From the NCBI GenBank assembly GCA_051866635.1, contig JBJDXJ010000013.1, forward strand, positions 1 to 10,519: DNA of 10,519 nt, read 5' to 3'. Shown piece by piece: positions 1-9,200 of this stretch (the first letter of the stretch is position 1; every line of letters begins with the position of its first letter). A program made the position numbers and the translations under genes. Source of the DNA: Clostridia bacterium. Its GTDB lineage: Bacteria > Bacillota > Clostridia > UMGS1883. The notes under the pieces were generated by a model that was not told where the DNA came from, made no database searches, and saw only the letters and a list, made by a program, of their open reading frames with translations.

Positions 1-74
1 CAAAAATCTTATATCTAATTCAAAAAAACTTACACACTTTTCTTGACAAAGCCATCAAGAAAGGAAGACAGGCT

Positions 75-137
75 AATAAAAAGAATCCGTATTCTCCTTG
101 GCTCATTTGCCTTGAAGTAATACGGATTTTTCTTATT
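75..137. terminator. Stem-loop just downstream of the NTPase gene (terminator or structured RNA)
   Basis: AATCCGTATT (84-93) / AATACGGATT (119-128), extendable imperfectly to 75-93 / 119-137. T-rich tails on both strands. The 25-nt inner segment is unusually long. Confidence 0.55.
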
Positions 138-155
138 GCAGGTAAAACACTTTAA

Positions 156-2012
156 TCACTTTGCTTTGTCTAAACATTTTTGAATTTCTCGGATTGAAAT
201 ATTTATATAAGCCTTTACCATTTTATCTTCCTCTGCTTTTTGAATTATCTTTAACTCTTCAATAAGTTTTTGGAAGTTTTCTTTAGATTTTGCCATTTCT
301 TCGTCTGTCGAATATCCATTGTTAAAAATGTGAATATGACTGATTACATAATCCAGCTCTCTTTTAACAACATCATCTCCATCTACATATCTTCTGAGGT
401 ACAAGTCTAATAATTCATCATCGAAAGAATCAATAGGGGCACCACGAAACTCATGCATCGGTATGCTGTTGCCACTCCTTATATGCTTTATCAAATCTCT
501 TTTATTTACAAACAAACATTGTCTATCATTATTCTTAACAACTTTATTATATACGGATTTCATTTCAGGACTCATTTCATGTAATGTTTCATCAGTAATA
601 TATCTATGCCTTTCATCTTTAGTGATAGCACCATTTTTGAGCATAATTTCTCTGTTATCAAGTCCCTCTTCCATTTTCTTACAATCTATTTTGCACGGCA
701 AATCTACATTGTGAATCTTCATTCCTGTAACTTTTTCAAGCAAAGAAATCAATTCATCACATGTCAAATATCCATTATATGCTTTCTCAACTGCAACAGG
801 TAATCCATCAAAAATATCTTGATATGACAATGACCAAAAATCATATATGAGAAATTTCTGTTCGGGTGTTATTTCTTTAGAAACATAGATTTTACCAATT
901 TCAATTCTAATATCTTCTGGCTTCCACTCGCCCTTCACAATCCAATCTCTTATACTTGGTGTAATCAACTGTTCTTTATTATAATTAGAATATTTCTTTT
1001 GAAAAGAAATATCAGAGAATAAGTATCCATAATCGCTTTCTTTATAATTATCTGCTTTATACTCAAAGGTTATAGCTGTAAACAAATATAAAACTTTCTC
1101 TATATATTCTTCCGCAACACTATTAGCCCTCATTATATCATACACACGTTCAAAATTTATAACAGCTGATTTTAAACTTCTTATATTTTCATATTTGCTT
1201 TCAATAAATACTTTAGCTATTAAATCCTTATTATTGCCCAAAAAATTTTTATATTTCTCGCTCTTCGTGCTATATCCCGCTACTAAGCAATTAACCACTT
1301 CATAATGCTTTGGTGCAACTTGAACTGTTCTAAAAATTACTTTTTCTTTAAATTCAGCATATGAGAATTTTGTGTTGTCATTACTTTCTTCATCATTATC
1401 CTTGCCGTTTTTCTCTTTCTTAATTTTAGTTTCATCAGCAATTACTATTGTTTTAATTTTTCTGTTCTCTGAATACTCATTAATCGAACCTAAAAGTTCT
1501 ATCTCATCTAACTTTGACCTTTCAAAATCATCAAAAACAAGCACCAATGTCTTAGTAACTTTATTGCTTCCATCCCAACATTCAATCTTATTTTTAACTT
1601 CTACAAAATTATATACATCAACTGACAGCACAGCATTAATACCTGCGGCTACCTTAGAATATGTGCTGAATGCTGATGCTAATTGTGACACATTTTCTTT
1701 CGCCTTTGTTATTTTCGCCCTGCTCTTATCATCACATTTACTCGATTTTTGCAACCAAAACACATTTTCTTTCACTTTTTGGTTTAATTTTTCGATAGAG
1801 TCAACGCCGAAAAGTGATACTATTGCAACAGCATATCTTTCTTTTGCTCCGATTTTCTTTGCGATTATTTCTGCTTTCTCGTCCGAGTGTAATTCTTCTG
1901 CGATTTCTTTTACTAAGTAGCTTTTTCCGCAACCCCATTTTCCACTTACCAACAGAGCACCATTATCTTCTTTGCAACCAATATAACTATAAATCTCATC
2001 TTTAGCATTCAT
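156..2012 (-). CDS. KAP-family-like P-loop NTPase (618 aa) with an uncharacterised C-terminal region; candidate anti-phage cargo
   Basis: N-terminal Walker A (ALLVSGKWGCGKS) and Walker B with the KAP-type signature (LVLVFDDFER), later FKEKVI motif. AAGGAG RBS (2027-2022) lies 9 nt before the ATG. Visibly AT-richer than the surface protein gene. Confidence 0.8.
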   Translation of the reverse strand: MNAKDEIYSYIGCKEDNGALLVSGKWGCGKSYLVKEIAEELHSDEKAEIIAKKIGAKERYAVAIVSLFGVDSIEKLNQKVKENVFWLQKSSKCDDKSRAKITKAKENVSQLASAFSTYSKVAAGINAVLSVDVYNFVEVKNKIECWDGSNKVTKTLVLVFDDFERSKLDEIELLGSINEYSENRKIKTIVIADETKIKKEKNGKDNDEESNDNTKFSYAEFKEKVIFRTVQVAPKHYEVVNCLVAGYSTKSEKYKNFLGNNKDLIAKVFIESKYENIRSLKSAVINFERVYDIMRANSVAEEYIEKVLYLFTAITFEYKADNYKESDYGYLFSDISFQKKYSNYNKEQLITPSIRDWIVKGEWKPEDIRIEIGKIYVSKEITPEQKFLIYDFWSLSYQDIFDGLPVAVEKAYNGYLTCDELISLLEKVTGMKIHNVDLPCKIDCKKMEEGLDNREIMLKNGAITKDERHRYITDETLHEMSPEMKSVYNKVVKNNDRQCLFVNKRDLIKHIRSGNSIPMHEFRGAPIDSFDDELLDLYLRRYVDGDDVVKRELDYVISHIHIFNNGYSTDEEMAKSKENFQKLIEELKIIQKAEEDKMVKAYINISIREIQKCLDKAK

Positions 2013-2051
2013 ATTTTCATTCTCCTTAGTTTACAATTGTTTTCTTTTGTG

Positions 2052-2091
2052 ATTATAGCACTATTATACAATACATATTTTTAATCGTCAA
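2052..2091 (-). promoter_or_regulatory. sigma-A-type promoter of the NTPase gene
   Basis: Minus strand TTGACG (2091-2086), 17 bp, TATAAT (2068-2063). A second, extended -10 TGcTATAAT lies at 2060-2052. Confidence 0.75.
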
Positions 2092-2662
2092 CGATACTAA
2101 TCAATTTCTCCCAAGTATATTTAAACATCCTAACCTTATTCTGCTCCCATCTTTTAGCCTTAGAGAGCTGAACGCCCATCATCTTTGCAAACTCCATCTG
2201 TGTTATATGTAATTCTTTTCGCAACCTTTTAATATATGCCCCCTGTCCGTTATACAGAAATTTATTATAATCATCAAGCAGGTCAAACACATCAACATCC
2301 AAAATCTCAGCAATCTTGTCCATCATCTTACCTTCATAATAGTCACGGTTAGAATCCTCGTAACTTATGTAAGTGCTTCGCTCAATTCCGAGATAGTCAG
2401 CGACTTCTACTTGCAGTAAACCTTTCTTATACCTGTAGTATCTTAACTTGTCCGCAACAGAAGTAATCATATCCGCATTTGGAAACTTCAAAGTGAATTT
2501 CTGCACCTCAGATATCTTTCTCGGAGTAATAAATCCAAACGAGTGTATGTACATCGGTATAGCCACACATTTATTGCTTTTTTTTTTCTTCCGTATCAGC
2601 GAAACATTATCGTCAATTTTGATAATGTCGTCATAAAAGGGAGCAATTATTCCCTCTTTCAA
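2081..2662 (-). CDS. Double helix-turn-helix (XRE/Cro-like) DNA-binding protein; start uncertain
   Basis: Two HTH_3-like motifs: [32 protein letters not shown] and [31 protein letters not shown]. No clear SD before TTG 2662 or internal ATGs 2554/2470. Frame is open upstream to 2695. Confidence 0.8.
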   Translation of the reverse strand: MKEGIIAPFYDDIIKIDDNVSLIRKKKKSNKCVAIPMYIHSFGFITPRKISEVQKFTLKFPNADMITSVADKLRYYRYKKGLLQVEVADYLGIERSTYISYEDSNRDYYEGKMMDKIAEILDVDVFDLLDDYNKFLYNGQGAYIKRLRKELHITQMEFAKMMGVQLSKAKRWEQNKVRMFKYTWEKLISIVDD

Positions 2663-3014
2663 CCCAAAAGAGCCGTAATGAGTGGGTCGCTTTTTCTATA
2701 CACCGTGCCACATAAGTTGCAAGGCGTGTATTTTTTTCGTAATCAAAACTGTCAACTCCTTTCATAAGCCCTATTGTCCCAATGGAAATTAAATCGTCAA
2801 TATCGTACGACTGGGAATACTTTTTTACAATATGTGCAACCAATCTCAAATTATGTTCAATTAAAGTATTCCGTGCCTCCTTATCACCCTGTTTCATTTT
2901 TTCAAGACATTCTCTCTCTTCCTTTTCGCTTAAAGGTTCAGGAAAGTTTCCGCTTGATACAACTCCCGACAAAAACAGGGACGTAAAGAAGTATTGTAAA
3001 AGCTCTAAAAACAC
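2631..3014 (-). CDS. sigK: 5' half of interrupted pro-sigma-K gene (spoIVCB-like); sigK homology 3014-~2692, then a 20-aa unrelated tail
   Basis: [10 protein letters not shown]...[24 protein letters not shown]...[19 protein letters not shown]...[12 protein letters not shown] is characteristic of SigK. The expected continuation NEILM is replaced by [10 protein letters not shown]...stop. GGAGGT RBS (3026-3021) lies 6 nt before the GTG start. Hydrophobic N-terminal pro-sequence present. Confidence 0.93.
   Translation of the reverse strand: MFLELLQYFFTSLFLSGVVSSGNFPEPLSEKEERECLEKMKQGDKEARNTLIEHNLRLVAHIVKKYSQSYDIDDLISIGTIGLMKGVDSFDYEKNTRLATYVARCIEKATHSLRLFWVERGNNCSLL
2670..2715. other. Putative attachment junction; crossover near the AA at 2693-2692
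   Basis: Minus strand TGT ATA GAA AA|A GCG. Intact sigK would read GAA AAY GAR (E-N-E), so the match ends after GAA AA. The exact crossover is ambiguous within the A5 run (2695-2691). Confidence 0.65.
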
Positions 3015-3067
3015 AAAAGCACCTCCAAAATATACTACAGTATATTTTAAAGGTGCCTCTTTTGTGT
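3011..3067 (-). other. Long hairpin overlapping the sigK promoter, SD and start codon (terminator-like)
   Basis: Minus-strand RNA: ACACAAAA GAG GCACCU UU AAAAUAUACU GU AGUAUAUUUU GG AGGUGC UUUUGUGU, pairing as 8+6+2(G-U)+~9 bp. Confidence 0.7.
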
Positions 3068-3073
3068 CTGTCC
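3039..3073 (-). promoter_or_regulatory. Putative sigma-E/SpoIIID-dependent sigK promoter
   Basis: AATATACT (3046-3039) resembles the sigma-E -10 (cATAcanT). GGACAGAC (3073-3066) resembles a SpoIIID box just upstream of the -35 region. This is the established arrangement for sigK promoters; assignment is by motif resemblance only. Confidence 0.5.
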
Positions 3074-3223
3074 CGGGTTAATATTATTTTACAATCAACA
3101 AAATCACAATTCCCGTTATCTATTGAAATTTCTCCCGTTATATCAGAATATGTATCAGGGCAAATAAGTGTAGCTGTGACGCTTTCCTAAGTTATTTAAT
3201 AAAGTACAGCAAAATAATGGTAA

Positions 3224-3260
3224 AGAAAATTGGTTGCCTCTGAATAGCAACCAATTTTCT
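3224..3260 (-). terminator. Intrinsic terminator of the surface protein gene (possibly bidirectional)
   Basis: Perfect 14-bp inverted repeat AGAAAATTGGTTGC (3224-3237) / GCAACCAATTTTCT (3247-3260) with a 9-nt loop, 27 bp after the stop codon; T-rich 3' side on both strands. Confidence 0.85.
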
Positions 3261-3287
3261 CGGTCAAGCGACTTGCTTTGTTCAAAT

Positions 3288-6200
3288 TTATTTATTTGCT
3301 TCAAGAAATCTTTTCAGAATTGTTGCAACCTCTGCTCTTGTTGCATTATCCTGAGGATTAATTGTGGTATTTGTTTTGCCATTCATCATGCCTGCACCTA
3401 CTGCATACTGAACAGATGTGATTGCATACTCGGATATTTTTTCTGCATCCGTGTAAGATAGGACATTTGTATCTTCACCAACTGACACATCATATCCTTT
3501 GTATCGTGCATATCTGTACATAATAGCCGCAATCTGTTCTCTTGTAATACTGTCATCCGGTGCAAACTCTGTTTCGGAACGACCGTTTACAATACCTTGG
3601 CTTGCGGCCCAGCGTACCGCTTCGATATAGTAACTGTTTGTATCAATATCATCAAAAGACATTGCATAATTTACCTGAGGCTTGCCTTCGGCTCTCCACA
3701 GAACTGTTACCAACATTGCACGTGTAACCAGCCCGTTGGGTTCAAAGGTCGTATCACTTGTCCCGCTAAATAATCCGTTTTCAGCTGAATATTTAACACT
3801 TCCATAGAACCAGTCATTTTCTGTTACATCGGTAAAGGGATTTTTCCATGCTTTATCATTCTCGGTTTCTTGTTTTGCCCACTTCGCATATAAGGTAATC
3901 GCCTTTGTCACATTTGTGTTGAAATCATAAGCTGTGACAAGATTTTTATCCGAATACCATCCGTCGAAAATGAAGCCCTCCTTTGTAGGATCTTTCGGCT
4001 TTGTTACAATATTATTTTTTTCTACTTCAACGCTGTTAATCACACTTCCGCCATTAGTGTCAAATGTGACGGTATATGTTGTCTTGGCAGTTCCACCGCC
4101 TCCGCCACCACCGCTACCTTCTGAACTTTTCTTTGGAATAATCTCATCCTTTGTTGCGTCACAAAGAGCACAAGTGTAGCGTTTTAAACCTTCTTCCTTT
4201 GTGGTAGCTTTCTTTATTACAATACCACTATCCCATTCATGGGGACATTCAATTGCAGCTATAGCATAGTGTGAAAAATGGTTTGTTTTGAAGCTTACAA
4301 ATCCATCCTCGTAATTTGCACGCACATATGATACCGAGCCATCATCGGCAACATAGCATACAATAATACGTTTTCCCTCCATATCTTCCGGCATTACGTA
4401 GGCAGCACGAACATCAACTGTACCATTAAGGGAATGAATTTCATCGCTTGTTTCTACACCATTTTCATCAACATGAGTAACAAAAAGATTCAACTGCAGT
4501 ATAACCGCATCATTAGCAATTGTGGCAAGTGCAGCTTGTTGTTTCTCATTTAAAGCATCCTTCTCTACCGCATCAATATGGATGCTGACCTTGTCATTGT
4601 CTTGTGCCTTATCAGATACTGTTTTCAAAACATCAGAGCTCATGGTTATTTCAGCTTCATCAGCCAAAACAGTAAGAGAATCCACCTCTGTGCTGTTGTC
4701 AAGAGCGTTTATAAGATTGGACGGCAAAGTTATATTATTTATACCCTCTGTTCCTCCTTTTGCGTCTATAACAATCTCTCCTGCAGAAGGGACATTATCT
4801 AAAATATTTTCAATGTCAGCCTCACCAATCTTAAACTCAACATTATTTCCGTCAATTTCGGTATCAATTTCGATACTTCCTCCGTTGATACCGATGAGTG
4901 CACCCGGTTTAATATTCAGAATTGCCTCGAAATACGTATCAGCTTTTACTGTTATATTGTCACTTGATATCAGACATGCACGAACCTTATATTCTCCTAT
5001 CTCTTCCGGAATGGTTTCCATCCATACACCGGTTGCATGTTGATATTCCACCTTAATAACAGCCGTTGCATCCTTAGGAACTATAGAAGCGTTAACATTG
5101 GAAACCTTTCCTTTTCTCTGCGTTAAATTTCCCAATTCTATTAAATAATCTTCAGCTTTTTTTACTGTCAAAATTCCGTTTTCGGTATTCACGTTATAAT
5201 TCTTAGCCGTAATTCCTGAAAGGAAAATATTATAAACTCCAACATTATCAAACTGATTATACTCGGTTGTGTATTCCGGAGCTCCCAAAATAACGGAACT
5301 ATCCTCTTCAAACACAAAGCCTGTTGCTTCAAATCCCTTAAATTCGGGTTTTTCGCCGTAGAATATTTCCGAATCATTTACCTTAACTTTAAGCAGTGCT
5401 TTATTTACGATTATCTTATAGCTTACAGTAGTTTCAAGGTATCTGTCTGTTGCAGCAGCTGTAGCTGTGATAGTAGTTTCACCTGCATTCAGAATTGTAG
5501 CTCTTCCGTTTGTATCTACGGTAGCAACTTCTGTGTTGCTGCTTGTATAGGTTATTTCTCCACCGTTTTCGCTGTCATTATATACCATGTTGTCAACATA
5601 CCTAAAGTCGCCGTATGTAACAGTTATATCGTTTTCAATAGTAAATTCAAGCTCTTGCTTTGTCATTTTGGGAATTATTTCTGTCTTTTGCTCTCCGCAA
5701 CGTTTACAGGTATAGATTACTGTTCCTTCCTCTGTCTCCGTCGGATTCTTTGTAATAACGCCGTCGTCCCAATCATGCCCTAATGCGTTAAAGGTTTTTG
5801 TTTCTTCATAGCCGCAAACAGAGCATTTACGGAAGGACTCTCCTTTTTCGGTACAAGTTGCCGCTGTTCTTACTGTCCACTCGCTCATGCTGTGTCCCTT
5901 TGCGGGAATCTCACGTATGTCGGTTACAGCGTCACATCTTGTACAATGACGTGATTCAGTTCCTGCTTCTGTACAGGTTGCAGCTTTATCTACTGTCCAA
6001 TCATCTTCAAAATCGTGTCCTGTTGCAGGAATGATTTTTGTTTCTTCGTATCCGCAAACAGAGCATTTACGGAAAGACTCTCCGTCATCTGTACAGGTCG
6101 CATCTTCTCTTACTGTCCATTCGCCCATACTGTGTCCCTTTGCGGGAATCTCACGTATGTCGGTTGCAGCGTCACATCTTGTGCAGTGACGTGATTCAGT

Positions 6201-9200
6201 TCCTGCTTCTGTACAGGTTGCAGCTTTATCTATTGTCCAATCATCTTCAAAATCGTGTCCTGTTGCAGGAATGATTTCTGTTTCTTCATAGCCACAGACA
6301 GAACATTTACGGAAGGACTCTCCGTCATCTGTACAGGTCGCATCTTCTCTTACTGTCCATTCGCCCATACTGTGTCCCTTTGCGGGAATAACCTCTGTTC
6401 TTGTTTCGGCACAGCCTTCATCAGTACAGGTATATACCTTTTCTCCGTCTGTGGTACAGGTCGCCTCAACCGTTACTGTTCCGCTATCCCAGTTATGTTT
6501 TGTAATACTGTCTACAAGCTTGATCTCTGTAGGAATTTCAGTTGTACTTCCGTTTCCTGTGATTGTAAACATATCGGTAAGCATATATTTTATTCCATCC
6601 TCAGTATCTATGCCTTCGCCGAATGTAATTTCGAAAATACCGGAAAGTACATCGCCCGGTTTAAATTTATCTGCTTGGAGAACATATCCCTCCTCAGCAG
6701 TACCGACTATAGTACCTCCCAAACTTTCCTCGGGATCATACTGTAAATCCGTTACAGAATATTCTTTACAGAATTTTCCGCCAAGAATATTCAAGGCTAC
6801 TTTGTACAAGTTTTTGTTTGAAACATTCTGCAATCTGAACAAAACTCTGTAGGGTGTTCCAGTTACTGCCGTTTTTTCCGCCTCGATAGTCAGCTTCATA
6901 GCACTTCCGCAAAGGACACTTATCGCTTCCTTTGTTTTAAATGGCACATTAATGTTTTCAGAAATTCCGCCGCCTGTTCTTATGCCGCTGACCAATCCGC
7001 TTATATAATACTCTCCTTCTGAATCTCCACATATATACCAGTGATGCTCTGCTGTTCCTTGAGGCAAAATATTTCCGAGAGACACCTCATCAGACTGCGG
7101 AACATCTATCATTTCTGCCAAAGACAAACCCTCAGGCAAATTAAGTTTTGCCTGACACGACTCAATCGTTTCCACCGCAGAAACATTTGCAGCCACAAGT
7201 TGCACGTCAAACATTTCCTTAAGCCATGTAACATTTGAGTGAATAATAAGATAAATATCCTTTGAAACAGGCATAATTATCTTGTCATCAACCGGCGGTG
7301 TATAAATCAAAATCTCATCATCGGTGCAAATATAATTAATTGTTATTTCTTCCTCAGGTGAGAAACGTAAAACAGCAGTGCAGTTATAAACATTCTTGTT
7401 TCCGACAGCTTCGGGGTCAATACCTGCGTTTACAATGTCATCGTAGGTCATTTCCGAAACCTCTGTCTTTATGTCAAGAATTGAACCGTTTTCCAAATAA
7501 GAAGTAAACTCTGCATCATCGTCTGTTTTCTCTATTGTAAACGTACGCATATTGTAGTCTTTTGCAATAATATTAACAGTGTATATGCCGTTATCCAGTT
7601 TGAATTCTGCATCTCCCTTTGAATCGGTTGTGGCTTTTTTGCTCACTGTTCCGTCATTGTTCGATATAAAAATCTGTGCATTCGGTATTGGTTGCAGTGT
7701 TTGCGTGTCAGCAACTTTAAAGCGAGTGTTGCCTTCCTGCAAAACAGGCTCAACATGCACTACGGCAAATCCGTAGTCATAGTGCCATGACCATAAATAA
7801 GGGGTGGTAAGTGAAATTTCAAACTCAGAACCATCTACATAAAAGCTGTCTTCAAAAAGCAAATTGTTAAACTCATCAGTTCCATATTCTTTTTTTGCAC
7901 CTGTTCCATCTGTTATTGTAACTGTTGCGTTTAAACGATCATAAATGTGAGACAGAGGTGACATAGTTACCCATAAGCCTTTTACAGAACTTCCGGTATA
8001 CGCATAGCGAACAGTTTCTGTAGTACTTGAACGATACGGATGGGAGCTTTCAATCAACTTTCCGTCATATTCAATAGTTTCCGGAATGTCAACATCATCC
8101 TCATTTACCAAAGTAAATGTTATATCATTTGCCTTCTCAATGGTAAATTTATCAGCATCTTTTCTAAAGCCCACCACGCTTCCGTCTAAGCACAAATATG
8201 CCCTTCCGGAATATAAAGGGGAATGTCCATAGTCATACCGATACATAAGATACACATTTTCACCCTCATATTCGGGCGAAATAACAATTATTGAATTGAA
8301 TACACTTCCTATCAAGTCTTCGGCTATTAGTTCTCCGTTCTCCGAAATAATATAAAAATCACAATAGTTATGATCCGGATCTATCATATTAATATTAAAA
8401 GCACAGCCGACCTTCAAAGTAAAATCTATTCCGGAAATGTCTGAATCCAACAAAACCTCATCTGCCTGTGCTTCATCGGTTGTTGTACCCTTTTTCGAAT
8501 AATAATAGTTTCCTTCTAAAATATTTGTGTAATAACTGTTTCCGAGCATATCGTCAGCCATACCGCCTCTTATACTTAAACGGAGCTTTGTACTTACCGG
8601 TGCGTCGGATTTTTCAACGCCTATAATAAAGGGAATTTCCTTTTTTGTTTCGCTGAAATCATCCTTTGTTGTCAAGCCTGTTACATAGTAGGTTTTGCCG
8701 TTAACTAAAAGCTCGCAGTTGGTAGAATAGTTTTCAACAACTGCATCATCAGGCAGTGTTACACTACCTGAAATCGCGTATCCTGTGTTTACACTGAAAT
8801 TCAGGTCAGTCAAATCCTCTTCCGGGTTAACCGTAAAGGTTTCTTCGGAATCGGCATAATATATTCCGGGTAAAATATTTGACGAAGCCCCCATTTCACC
8901 TTCATCAAATATAATATACGGAGTATATTCTTTTTCCGTTATTCCGTAGGGCATTACAGCCTCGTACTCAAAAGTTTCAGGATTTACATACCCTCTCGTC
9001 CAATAAGTTCCGAAATATATTGTAATCGGTTCATTTCCCAACGTTTTAAGGTCATCTGCCGTGATTTTACCGGACACTGTTTTGCCCGTGGGAATAAGAA
9101 TTTCCATATCGGGAAGTTTTGTAATACTTAAATAATCATCTGCATAACGATCAGGCTTCATACCCTCTTCGGTTAATACAAACTGCAAATTTGAAGATGT

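Larger units (their letters stand above)
1..2691. mobile_element. One end of a skin-like (sigK-intervening) element; continues beyond the left window edge
   Basis: sigK homology ends sharply at about 2692 and is followed by accessory-type genes (double HTH, KAP NTPase). No recombinase is visible in the window, so excisability is inferred. Confidence 0.8.

Noticed and set aside
3-155. Open plus-strand frame at the left edge (possible 3' end of a convergent gene)
   Set aside because: Only 50 codons, no recognisable motif, and it runs through the palindromes; cannot be supported without flanking sequence.
463-2005. Plus-strand ORFs 463-714, 606-803, 1372-1920, 1814-2005
   Set aside because: Antisense shadows of the NTPase gene with S/F/L-rich composition and no recognisable motifs.
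2662-2687. ACCCA/TGGGT inverted repeat beside the junction as a recombinase-binding arm
   Set aside because: Only 5 bp and not centred on the inferred crossover; symmetry across the crossover itself is weak.
2688-2698. Programmed frameshift fusing sigK' to the HTH gene at GAAAAAG
   Set aside because: Fusion would need a +1 shift, whereas this motif type promotes -1 shifts from the other frame. An A5 run is too short for efficient transcriptional slippage.
2631-3014. Assignment as sigE, or as a simply decayed pseudogene
   Set aside because: [14 protein letters not shown] and the short pro-sequence fit SigK. RBS, promoter-like motifs and 107 codons are intact with one sharp breakpoint, indicating insertion rather than decay.
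2448-3461. Plus-strand ORFs opposite the HTH gene, sigK and the SLH region
   Set aside because: Short antisense shadows of well-supported genes, with no recognisable motifs.
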